From NCBI GenBank assembly GCA_040754495.1, contig JBFMCO010000032.1, positions 123 through 64,122 of the forward strand: DNA of 64,000 bases. The letters are read 5' to 3'. Position numbers and translations under genes: made by a program. Shown piece after piece: positions 42,380-50,857 of this stretch (positions within the stretch are counted from its first letter, which is position 1; every line of letters starts with the position of its first letter). Below the pieces are notes generated by a model. It did no database searches, had not been told where the DNA came from, and saw nothing but the letters and a program-made list of their open reading frames with translations. Source of the DNA: Candidatus Micrarchaeota archaeon. Lineage in GTDB: Archaea > Micrarchaeota > Micrarchaeia > Anstonellales > Bilamarchaeaceae.

Positions 42380-43090
42380 ATGGCCGAGGTAACGATTCTA
42401 GTCGCTCTTGTCGCCGGGCTTGTCTCCTTCCTCAGCCCCTGCGTCCTTCCGCTCGTTCCGGCCTACCTGACTTTCCTTGCAGGGACCGCAGTGCAGAAGG
42501 AATACTCCGCGACGCAGCGCGCCAGGATATTCCTCTCCAGCGCCTTCTTCGTCCTGGGGTTCTCCCTGGTCTTCTCGCTCCTCGGCGTGCTCCTGCAGGG
42601 CATCCTCAGGGGCGCAGCATACGGCATACAGACATACCTGGGCTATGTCGGCGGCCTCATGATAATCGTCTTCGGCCTGACGATGACCGGCCTCATACGA
42701 ATAGAGGCACTCGAGACCGAGCGGAGGCTCAGGCTGAAGCCCACGTCGGTGCCCTACCTGACCTCGTTCCTGTTCGGGGCGGCATTCGCGGTCGGCTGGA
42801 CGCCCTGCGTCGGCGCGGCTCTAGGCACGATACTCACGCTGGCAGCGACCGAGCCGGCCTCAGCGTTCCCCCTCCTGCTTTCATACTCGGCCGGCCTCGG
42901 CATCCCGTTCCTCCTGGCCGGCCTTTTCGTCTCGCAGGCTGCCGGCGCGATAAAGCTCATCGGCCCGTACCTGAAGTGGCTGAACGTCATATTCGGCATA
43001 ATCATCATCGCGCTCGGCATCCTCGTCTTCACCGGCTCGCTCCCGCTGATAGCGAACCTTGGCTTCCTGAACGACTTCCTGCTCCAGTGA
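42380..43090 (+). CDS. ccdA: cytochrome c biogenesis/thiol-disulfide transporter CcdA (DsbD family)
   Basis: 236-aa polytopic ORF with LSPCVLPLVPAYL and a second conserved Cys (GWTPCVG). Confidence 0.85.
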   Translation: MAEVTILVALVAGLVSFLSPCVLPLVPAYLTFLAGTAVQKEYSATQRARIFLSSAFFVLGFSLVFSLLGVLLQGILRGAAYGIQTYLGYVGGLMIIVFGLTMTGLIRIEALETERRLRLKPTSVPYLTSFLFGAAFAVGWTPCVGAALGTILTLAATEPASAFPLLLSYSAGLGIPFLLAGLFVSQAAGAIKLIGPYLKWLNVIFGIIIIALGILVFTGSLPLIANLGFLNDFLLQ

Positions 43091-43094
43091 TTTT

Positions 43095-44192
43095 ATGATA
43101 AAGGCCGAAAATCCCATCGCGCTCGCAATCGTGCTCTTCCTGATAGCCTCGGCAATCCTGCTGCTCCTGTCGTTGCGGCCGTCCGCGCTTCCGCCCGGGA
43201 GCGCCGATGCGGAAGGCCCTGCCAAATCCGGCCTTTACCAAAAGGCGCCTGAGCTCTCAGGCATCGAGGGCTATGTCAACGCGCCGGAAGGCTTCAGCCT
43301 GGCCGATGCAAAAGGCAAGGTCGTCCTGATAGACTTCTGGACCTATTCGTGCATCAACTGCATCAGGACGCTTCCGTATCTCACGGCATGGGACGAGAAA
43401 TACCGCGACAAGGGGCTGGTAATCGTCGGCGTCCACACGCCGGAGTTCGAGTTCGAGAAGGACTACCCGAACGTGTTGGCCGCGGCCGAAAAATTCGGCA
43501 TCAAGTACCCGGTCGTGCTTGACAACTCCTACTCGACGTGGCAGGCCTACGGCAACCACTTCTGGCCGCACAAATACCTCATCGATTCCGACGGCTTCAT
43601 ACGCTACGACCACATCGGCGAGGGCGGGTACGAGGAGACCGAGACGGAGATACAAAAGCTGCTTGCAGAGAGGGACGCGAAGGCAGAGATGGGCGGTCTG
43701 GTCTCGGAAAACATCACAGAGAGGACGCCGGCCGGCTTCACGACGCCGGAGATATACCTCGGGTACTCGTACGCGCTCCCGCGCGGGCAGGACATCGGCA
43801 ACATCGGCGGCCTCAGGCCCGGCGAGACTGCGGACTATGCGCTGCCCGCTTCGTTCCAGCCGCATGCAGCCTACCTTGAAGGGACATGGAAGAGCGGGCC
43901 CGAGTATGTGGAGCTTGCCTCGGACGAGGGGGTGGTCGTCCTCGTATACAGGGCCAAGAACGTGAACATCGTCGCAGAAGGCAACTCGACGATTACCATC
44001 ACGCTGGACGGCACGGTCCCGCAGGCCGAAGTCATCGGCTCGGACGGGATACTGGAGGGCGGCAGGGCGGAATTCAACGTAACGGACGAGCGGCTCTACG
44101 AAATCGTGGACGATGAGGGCTATTTCGAGAAGACTCTCGTGATGAATGTCCGCGGGAAGGGTTTCCGCCTCTACACGTTCACGTTCGGATAG
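43095..44192 (+). CDS. membrane-anchored thioredoxin-like (TlpA/ResA/DipZ-C-like) oxidoreductase
   Basis: 365-aa ORF with an N-terminal anchor, a redoxin domain carrying WTYSCINCIRTLP (CxxC), and an extra C-terminal beta-rich domain as in DipZ-type proteins. Confidence 0.8.
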   Translation: MIKAENPIALAIVLFLIASAILLLLSLRPSALPPGSADAEGPAKSGLYQKAPELSGIEGYVNAPEGFSLADAKGKVVLIDFWTYSCINCIRTLPYLTAWDEKYRDKGLVIVGVHTPEFEFEKDYPNVLAAAEKFGIKYPVVLDNSYSTWQAYGNHFWPHKYLIDSDGFIRYDHIGEGGYEETETEIQKLLAERDAKAEMGGLVSENITERTPAGFTTPEIYLGYSYALPRGQDIGNIGGLRPGETADYALPASFQPHAAYLEGTWKSGPEYVELASDEGVVVLVYRAKNVNIVAEGNSTITITLDGTVPQAEVIGSDGILEGGRAEFNVTDERLYEIVDDEGYFEKTLVMNVRGKGFRLYTFTFG

Positions 44193-44198
44193 CGCAAA

Positions 44199-44210
44199 CT
44201 ATTTAAGATT
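44199..44210 (+). promoter_or_regulatory. TATA-like box for 44230 gene
   Basis: CTATTTAAGATT is centred about 26 nt upstream of ATG 44230. Confidence 0.4.
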
Positions 44211-44229
44211 AGGATAACCATCTCCTCCG

Positions 44230-45294
44230 ATGGCAGAATCCTTCGTTGGCATAGAGATAGCCGTGTTCGTGGTCACGGCCTCCATCGCGCTTGCCGGCAT
44301 CCTCTGGGGCGTTGGCAGGGCATTCGGCTGGAAGAAGCTCGAGCTGTTCGGCGTGGAGGAACTCATGCAATCCATCATAAACGCGGCCATCATCGGCTCT
44401 TTTGCTGCCGTCATAGAGCTTGTCGGTCTGGTCAGCTCCGAGGTCGTCGGGGAATCATGCAAGGAAGGCAACGTCATCGCCCAGCTCACATGCACCATGC
44501 AGGGCCTCAACGACTCGCTGTTCGTCATGCTCCAGGAGCTCCTCCGGACGCTCAACCTCATCGGCTACTACCAGGGGCTCTCGCTCGACTTCGGGCAGTT
44601 CGCGGTGGCCCCGTTCGCGAACCTCGGCCCGGTTTCTGACAGCCTCTCCCTCCAGCTCCTTTCCCTGAACTGGCTCATGATACTCGTCGAGCTGAACACC
44701 CAGATTGCGCTTTTCATCTCGCAGAACGCGCTCGGGCTGCTGTTCCCGGTCGGCCTCGTCCTGCGCACGCTGTTCGCCACGCGCAAGGTCGGCGGGTTCC
44801 TGATAGCCCTCGCCATCGGCCTCTACATATTCTACCCGACGTTCATACTCGTGTTCCCAAACCCCCAGCCGGACGTGGAGCGGGCCGCGCTCACGATGGG
44901 CAACTTCACGAACAACACCTTCTACGCGACCGCGCCGCTCATAGACCTGAACGACAACTACGCCATCGCCGCGAAGCTGGACATCCTGAGCATGCGCTGC
45001 AACCCCCACGCCTTCAACATAACCAACGTGACCAACGTGACGAACACCACGACCGCGTGCGACGATTTCCTGCAGGCACAGAACATGACCTCGAACGTGA
45101 CGCAGAACATGACCTTCGACTTCACCGGCGACATCACCGTGGCCGTGCAGAGCAACAGCAACGCCATCTCGAAGACGTCGCTCTACGCGGTCGTCGCGCC
45201 CATATTCTCTCTCGTGATATCCATCGTTTTCGTGAAGGAGCTGGCCAACATCCTCGGCAGCGAAATAGGCCTCCGGACGATAGCATCCATCTGA
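44230..45294 (+). CDS. polytopic membrane protein (possible VirB6/CedA-like) with sequon-dense loop
   Basis: 354-aa ORF with multiple hydrophobic helices and the extracellular loop NITNVTNVTNTTTAC...NMTSNVTQNMTF. Confidence 0.65.
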   Translation: MAESFVGIEIAVFVVTASIALAGILWGVGRAFGWKKLELFGVEELMQSIINAAIIGSFAAVIELVGLVSSEVVGESCKEGNVIAQLTCTMQGLNDSLFVMLQELLRTLNLIGYYQGLSLDFGQFAVAPFANLGPVSDSLSLQLLSLNWLMILVELNTQIALFISQNALGLLFPVGLVLRTLFATRKVGGFLIALAIGLYIFYPTFILVFPNPQPDVERAALTMGNFTNNTFYATAPLIDLNDNYAIAAKLDILSMRCNPHAFNITNVTNVTNTTTACDDFLQAQNMTSNVTQNMTFDFTGDITVAVQSNSNAISKTSLYAVVAPIFSLVISIVFVKELANILGSEIGLRTIASI

Positions 45295-45325
45295 ATTTTA
45301 AAGACGACAACACAAAGTGAGGTAT

Positions 45326-46111
45326 ATGTTCATGAACAGGGCCGTCACCGCGGCCTCCCTCCTGGGAGGCATCCTGGCCGTCGTCATATCGCTCGTTTAC
45401 GGCAACCCCATACTACCGGTCATCGCGGCCGTGTTCTTCTTCATGACGCTGCTGCTCTGGAAATACGGCTACCTGCTAATCCCGTTCTTCACCCGGGCCA
45501 CCAACATCGTGGAGGTGCACAGCGGCGGGTACGAAGTTCCGCCCACCAGGGACTACATAATCAAGAAGACCGAGGGCGGCTACTACGCGACCAGGTTCCT
45601 GGAAGTGCGCTTCTACGAGAGCTCGATGGACAAGAGCCAGGACGAGAAGAGGACGATGTTCGATTCCTTCGAGAAGGCTGTGAGCTCGCTCAAGTACATC
45701 GTCCGCGTTACGCTCATGATAAGCACCCTCGACCTGTCCAGGCATATAGAGGAGATAAAGACCAAGCGCGGGGTCGTCGAGGCGAAGAAGGCCAAGGAGG
45801 CCAAGCTCGCGGCGGACGAGAGCATGAGGATGGACCGCGAACTGGCCTACTGGAACCGCCTCTTGGACCGCATCACGCAGGGCGAGAGGCCCGTGGAGAT
45901 AGTGGCTTTCGCATCGACGACCGCATTCGGGCTTACGCGCGACGAGGCCCTGGGGCGCGTGAGCAGGCAGGCCAAGGAACTGAAGACCATCCTTTCCAGC
46001 TCGCTGGGGTGCGACATACGCGACCTCTCGGACATAGAGATGCTCAAATGCTTCGAGTGGGAGTATTTCTTCCCGACCACGCAGGAAGAGATAAAGGACG
46101 CGCTATTTTGA
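45326..46111 (+). CDS. two-TM protein with VirB4/TrbE N-terminal-domain-like region
   Basis: ORF opens at GTG 45317, with ATGs at 45326 and 45332 following GAGGT. Two N-terminal TM helices are followed by ...YYATRFLEVRFYESSMDKSQDEKRTMFDSFEKAVSSLKYIVRVTLMISTLD, a pattern like VirB3-VirB4 N-terminal regions. Confidence 0.6.
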   Translation: MFMNRAVTAASLLGGILAVVISLVYGNPILPVIAAVFFFMTLLLWKYGYLLIPFFTRATNIVEVHSGGYEVPPTRDYIIKKTEGGYYATRFLEVRFYESSMDKSQDEKRTMFDSFEKAVSSLKYIVRVTLMISTLDLSRHIEEIKTKRGVVEAKKAKEAKLAADESMRMDRELAYWNRLLDRITQGERPVEIVAFASTTAFGLTRDEALGRVSRQAKELKTILSSSLGCDIRDLSDIEMLKCFEWEYFFPTTQEEIKDALF

Positions 46112-46129
46112 GGGGATTGCGATTCGTGT

Positions 46130-48913
46130 TCAGCCCAGGGCATTCCTCACAATCCTGGCCGGCACTCTGGTCAGATGGCCGGGACGCACAAAGATTCTCT
46201 CCCTGAATGACTTGTCAAGCAGCTTGACTGAAAGCTCGCCAAGTTCAGGATTTTCTAGGACCGGTTTTTCGGAGGACCAGACTTCGACTGTTCTCGGCGT
46301 TTTCCGGTCCATGTCATAGCCGACGACATGCCGCTCGTCATACCCCGAATCGGCAAGGACCGAAAGCATGAATGCTTCATCCAGACCCGCGGTCCTTTTC
46401 TGGAAAGCCGATGAAAGCTCCAGAAGCGCATAAAGCGGCGTGTCTATCTCCCCCATCGAAGGGACGAAACCCCCGTTCCCACCAGGAGGTTTCGCAAGGA
46501 CGAATCCATCCAGCTCTTTCCCTACTGCCGGCCGCGTTTTAACGAACACCATCAGGTTAGTGGCCTGCTCAATTTTTTGTTTGAGCCGCACCGGCTCTTC
46601 CACGCCGAGTCCGGCAAGCTCTTCCAGGGTCAAGGTGCTTGTATATAGCGTCCCTTCGGCAATGATCTCGAATCCGAAATACTGCACCTGCGTCTTGAAG
46701 TGGGCAGTTCTTGAATATTCGACCGGCAGGGAAACAAGCACCGTGCCGGTTTCCACCAGAATCCTGTTCGCTTCGTTGAACACATTTGCCAGCGCTTCGG
46801 TTGTGAGGCGGTGGCAGAATTGTATCATGGCGATGGCATCGAATTCCCCTTCCACCCTGAAACCGGCCTTTTTCACCTCGTGCGCCTTGATATACCTGTG
46901 CACTAGCTGGATGCCCAGCATATCCGCAGCCTTTCCCAGGGGTTCAGGGTAGAATGACATCTCAAGCGTTTTTCTGTTACCAAGAAGCTCCCTGAACTGC
47001 CTCAGGATGGCGAGGGCTTCCCTGAAGACCCTTGTGTTGGCTAGCCTCCTTTTGATACTTTCAATGAGCGCGGGGGAGGGGTTCTCCTGCTCTATCTCAA
47101 GTGCGTTTATGCGATCTTCGGTAAGGCCTCTTTTAGAGTATAAGGCCCTTCTGAGCACCGGGTTTTCCTTCAGGCGCTCCGAAATTGTCCCCGGGCTATA
47201 TGCAAGGGGTCCTCCGTTGGCGTTGCTGAGATTTTTTGCACTGGGAATCCCATCGAAAGATGTGATTGCTTCGAGGATGTGCCTGTCAAGGCGCCGGTCT
47301 ATGGCCGCCCTTGCGTTTCCTTTCGTGCTTATCCAATGTTTGGAGGTAAACTCCCTGTCGAAGACTGCCCTGTCGCATGATTCAACGAACGCTATGCCCC
47401 TCTCTTCCAATGCCTGCTGAAGCCCTGGGTTTTCCTTCAGGCGCTTTGAAATTATCTCCGGGCCATATGCAAGCGGCCCTTCGCCCTCTTTGCCGAGATT
47501 TCCTGCAGCGGGAATCCCATCGAAAGATGTGATTGCTTCGAGGATGTGCCTGTCAAGGCGCCGGTCTATGGCCGCACTTGCCGTTCCTGTCGTACTTGTC
47601 CACTGAGCGGAGGTAAGTTCCCTGTCGAAAATATCCCTGTTGCAGGTTTCAACAAATATTACGCCTTTTTCTTCCAGAGTCTTTCGGAGCCCCGGATTTT
47701 TCTTTAGCCGGTGAGAGATTAGTTTCAGGCTATATGCAAGCGGCCCTTCGCCCTCTTTGCCGAGATTTCCTGCAGCGGGAATCCCATCGAAAGATGTGAT
47801 TGCTTCGAGGATGTGCCTGTCAAGGCGCTTGTCTATCGCCACCCTTGCCTTCCTTATCGCGCCTGTCCACTGTTTGGAGGTAATATTCCTGTCGAAGACC
47901 GCCCTATCGCAGGTTTCAACGTATGCCGCGCCTTTTTCTTCCAATGCCTTCTGGAGTTCCGGGTTTTTCTTCAGATACCTTGAGATTGTTGTTGCGCTGT
48001 ATTCAAGCGGCCCTCCATTGTGTCTGCTGAGATTGTGGGGGTTGGGAATCCCGTCATATAATTCAATTGCCTCGGGGATATGGCTCTCAAGGCGCCGGTC
48101 TATGGCAGCGTTTATTTTCCCTGTTGCTCTGGTCCACCGTCCAGAGATAAATTCCCTGTCGAAGACCGCCCTCTCGCAGGTTTCAACGAATGCAATGCCT
48201 TTCTCTTCCAACGCTTTCTTGAGTTCCGGGTTTTCCTTCAGGCGTCCCAAGATTGTCACCGGATCATATGCAAGCGGCCCTCCGCTGGTTTTGCTGAGGT
48301 TTGTTGCATTCGGAATCCCATTGTATGATTCAATTGCCTCGAGGATATGGCTGTCAAGGCGCCGGTCTATGGCAATCCTTACTTTTTTTCGCGGTTGTTT
48401 TAACCTTCCAGAGATAAATTCCCTGTCGAAGACCGCCCTCTCGCAGGTTTCAACGAACGCAATGCCTTTCTCTTCCAACGCCTCCCGGAGCAGTGGATTT
48501 TTCAATAACCGGTCCCCGATTAGCTTAGTACTATATTCGAGCGGCCCCTTGCCCTCTTTGCTGAGATTTTTAACACTTGGAATCCCATCGTATGATTCGA
48601 TTGCCTCGAGGATGTGCCTGTCAAGGCGCAAGTCTATGGCACCCCTAATCCTCCCAGACGCGTTTACCCATCGATGAGAGGTAATTTCACTGTCGAAGAC
48701 CGCCCTATCGCAGGCTTCAACGAACGAGATGCCCTTTTCTTCCAATGCCTTCTGAAGCCCCGGATTTTCCTTCAGGCGCTCCGAGATAATGTGATGGCCA
48801 CACGCCATCGGTCCTCCGCCATCTTTGCTGAGAGTATGAGCGCTGGGGATTCCGTTGCATGAGCGGATATACTGAAGTATCTCATTATCTATCTCGGAAT
48901 AGGTTTTCCCCAT
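46130..48913 (-). CDS. repeat protein: about 6.7 tandem 89-aa modules plus a roughly 330-aa C-terminal domain (weak methyltransferase-fold-like pattern)
   Basis: 927-aa ORF. The repeated module is IDRRLDRHILEAI.S.DGIP...NL.K...GPL.Y....I..RLK.NP.L..ALEEKGIAFVETC.RAVFDREF.S..W. The C-terminal FDAIAMIQFCHRL...NRILVETGTVLVSLP weakly recalls class I MTases. Confidence 0.75.
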   Translation of the reverse strand: MGKTYSEIDNEILQYIRSCNGIPSAHTLSKDGGGPMACGHHIISERLKENPGLQKALEEKGISFVEACDRAVFDSEITSHRWVNASGRIRGAIDLRLDRHILEAIESYDGIPSVKNLSKEGKGPLEYSTKLIGDRLLKNPLLREALEEKGIAFVETCERAVFDREFISGRLKQPRKKVRIAIDRRLDSHILEAIESYNGIPNATNLSKTSGGPLAYDPVTILGRLKENPELKKALEEKGIAFVETCERAVFDREFISGRWTRATGKINAAIDRRLESHIPEAIELYDGIPNPHNLSRHNGGPLEYSATTISRYLKKNPELQKALEEKGAAYVETCDRAVFDRNITSKQWTGAIRKARVAIDKRLDRHILEAITSFDGIPAAGNLGKEGEGPLAYSLKLISHRLKKNPGLRKTLEEKGVIFVETCNRDIFDRELTSAQWTSTTGTASAAIDRRLDRHILEAITSFDGIPAAGNLGKEGEGPLAYGPEIISKRLKENPGLQQALEERGIAFVESCDRAVFDREFTSKHWISTKGNARAAIDRRLDRHILEAITSFDGIPSAKNLSNANGGPLAYSPGTISERLKENPVLRRALYSKRGLTEDRINALEIEQENPSPALIESIKRRLANTRVFREALAILRQFRELLGNRKTLEMSFYPEPLGKAADMLGIQLVHRYIKAHEVKKAGFRVEGEFDAIAMIQFCHRLTTEALANVFNEANRILVETGTVLVSLPVEYSRTAHFKTQVQYFGFEIIAEGTLYTSTLTLEELAGLGVEEPVRLKQKIEQATNLMVFVKTRPAVGKELDGFVLAKPPGGNGGFVPSMGEIDTPLYALLELSSAFQKRTAGLDEAFMLSVLADSGYDERHVVGYDMDRKTPRTVEVWSSEKPVLENPELGELSVKLLDKSFRERIFVRPGHLTRVPARIVRNALG
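47126..48892. repeat. coding tandem repeat, period 267 bp, about 6.7 copies
   Basis: The landmark GGGAATCCC recurs at 47243, 47510 and 47777, exactly 267 bp apart. A 97-nt stretch is identical between two adjacent copies (about 47465-47561 and 47732-47828). Confidence 0.85.
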
Positions 48914-48965
48914 TTTATTCGTTATAATATATGTAAGAAAAGGTTATAAACGGGCCAGTTAGCGA

Positions 48966-49140
48966 AAAAACCGGGACCGGAAACCGGGAACCCGAGACTG
49001 CAGCCTGGAAACAGGAATCCGGATGCCGGTATTCCAGAACCCCAAACGGGAAACCAAGCTTCCAAGACCGGAAACCATACGGCTGCTACCGCAAGTTTCC
49101 CGGTTCCTCCCGGAACCGAGAACCGGGAACTGGGAACCAC
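48966..49140. repeat. largest array of the 7-nt-period repeat family (SGAAACC orientation on + strand)
   Basis: CCGGGAC CGGAAAC CGGGAAC CCGAGAC ... GACCGGAAACC ... GGAACCG AGAACCG GGAACTG GGAACCA. There is a short inverted segment GTTTCCCGGTTCC. The array is intergenic, between divergent genes. Confidence 0.75.
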
Positions 49141-49265
49141 CGACGCCAGGACGTTATTTCCGGAGCATAACGTTTATATACCGCCAACGAGATACTTACT
49201 CTCGACATGCCTCATGAAGTTTTGATGAAACTTTTATCTGTCGTTTCATCGGAGGAAAAGTCTCA

Positions 49266-50840
49266 ATGAAGCCATCATACATGCTCTCCAAGGAGATTGC
49301 GCGCAAGATGATTCTCGTGCACCCTCCTGAGCCGAGGAAGGAGCTCCTGCTCTCGCTTCCGTCGCAGGGGGTGTACATCGGCAAGACCAGGTTCCTGCGC
49401 ACGCCGGTCTTCTGGGACCCGAGCAAGCTCATCAATCCGCACCTCGCCATAATAGGCATAACCGGCTCGGGCAAATCCTACACAGTGAAGACGTTCCTCA
49501 CGAGGGCCTCCCTCATCTGGGACACGAACGCCATCATCCTGGACTGGGTGGGCGAGTACAAGGAGTGGGTGACACAGGCCGGGGGCCGCGTCATAGACCT
49601 GTCCAAGGAGAAGCTGAACATACTCGACCTTGCGGGCCTTCCCAAGCGGAGCAGGATAAAGCAGATAATCTCGGCGCTCGACATCCTCCTCGACCTGAAA
49701 AGCTACCCTAACGAGAGGGACGAGATAGAGGAAGCCCTCGAATACGTCTACTACAGGTCCGGAAGCCAGAAACCGACCCTGAAGGAGCAGGTCAAGGCCA
49801 TGAACCTGGAGAAGGCGCGGGCGCAGAGGAAGCTCGGAAAGCAGGAGGTCGAGGAGGCCCTGGAGGAGCTCTGCTATGACGGGAAATGCGAGAGGCCGAC
49901 GCTCGCGCATGTCGTCCATGTGCTCGAGAGGAGCAACAAGAGGAAGGCCGCCCGCCTGCTCAAGCGCTTCACCGCAGAGGGCACGGACTTCTTCGCCGGC
50001 TCATCGACGCTGGATATCGGGAAGCTGACCACCAGCGGCCTCGTCTGCATCGACCTGCACGGCCTGCCGAGCGAGGAGATAAGGAGCCTTGCAGGCCTCA
50101 CTATACTCCAGTACATCAAGGAGCTGATGCGCGCCGAGGGCATGCAGAAGGACAACAAGCACGTCCGCCTCTTCGTGGTGCTGGACGAGGCGTGGAAAAT
50201 CGCGCAGGACGAGCGAAGCGACGTCATAACCATAGTCCGCGAGGGCCGCAAGTATAATTTTTCCCTCGTCATCGCGACGCAGAACCCGAGCGACATGCAC
50301 AAGACGATATTCAGCAACATCGGCACGGTGTTCGTCCTAAGGCTGATACTCAAGGAATACCGGGACTACGTCCGCAACTCCATCGGCTACTCCGACTTCA
50401 TAGACGGCGAGATTTCCAAGTTCGGCGTCGGAGACGCGGCCGTGAACATGATTTTCGCGGAGAGGCAGTCGCGTGTCATGACCTTCCTCATGGAAAAAAT
50501 TGACGGCGAGGAGCCTCTCCTCATATACAAGATAAGAGGTGGGGAGATGATAGTGGAAATCGAGCGCGAGCAGTTCGTCAGGATGCTCTACGAAATCGGC
50601 CTGAACGAGAGCCAGCTCAACCTCATCAAGGGCGAGTTCGAGAAGGGCGACGGCCTCCTCGACGGGGAGCAGCTCGTCGCGGTCCTGGAGAAGTTCGGAT
50701 ACTCCAAGCCCTCCATAATCTCGTTCCTGAGGCAGCTCGGCATTGACGAGAAGAACCTCATCCGCGTGTTCTCGCTTGTCCGGATGAGGAAGGCAACGAA
50801 GGGCGTGGTCAACGTGGTCCTCGAGGACGGACACGTCTGA
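49266..50840 (+). CDS. VirB4/TrbE/HerA-superfamily ATPase (C-terminal ATPase module type)
   Basis: 524-aa ORF with Walker A (IIGITGSGKSYTVK), Walker B (RLFVVLDEAWKIA), and REGRKYNFSLVIATQNPSDM, typical of the VirB4/HerA-FtsK clade. GGAGG sits upstream of the ATG. Confidence 0.8.
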   Translation: MKPSYMLSKEIARKMILVHPPEPRKELLLSLPSQGVYIGKTRFLRTPVFWDPSKLINPHLAIIGITGSGKSYTVKTFLTRASLIWDTNAIILDWVGEYKEWVTQAGGRVIDLSKEKLNILDLAGLPKRSRIKQIISALDILLDLKSYPNERDEIEEALEYVYYRSGSQKPTLKEQVKAMNLEKARAQRKLGKQEVEEALEELCYDGKCERPTLAHVVHVLERSNKRKAARLLKRFTAEGTDFFAGSSTLDIGKLTTSGLVCIDLHGLPSEEIRSLAGLTILQYIKELMRAEGMQKDNKHVRLFVVLDEAWKIAQDERSDVITIVREGRKYNFSLVIATQNPSDMHKTIFSNIGTVFVLRLILKEYRDYVRNSIGYSDFIDGEISKFGVGDAAVNMIFAERQSRVMTFLMEKIDGEEPLLIYKIRGGEMIVEIEREQFVRMLYEIGLNESQLNLIKGEFEKGDGLLDGEQLVAVLEKFGYSKPSIISFLRQLGIDEKNLIRVFSLVRMRKATKGVVNVVLEDGHV

Positions 50841-50857
50841 TAAGGGGGAAAACTCAT

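Noticed and set aside
47126-48892. Regular 267-bp repeats considered as a CRISPR-like or satellite array
   Set aside because: The repeats are contiguous with no unique spacers. They lie in one long open reading frame with conserved amino-acid modules, so this is a coding tandem repeat.
48914-49265. Replication origin (ORB/mini-ORB cluster) hypothesis for the heptamer array
   Set aside because: No orc1/cdc6 gene is adjacent. The units lack the dyad TCCAGTGGAAA-type ORB core. There is no extended AT-rich unwinding element, only two short TATA-like stretches. The same units also occur inside ORFs. The hypothesis is not excluded, but it is unsupported by sequence alone.
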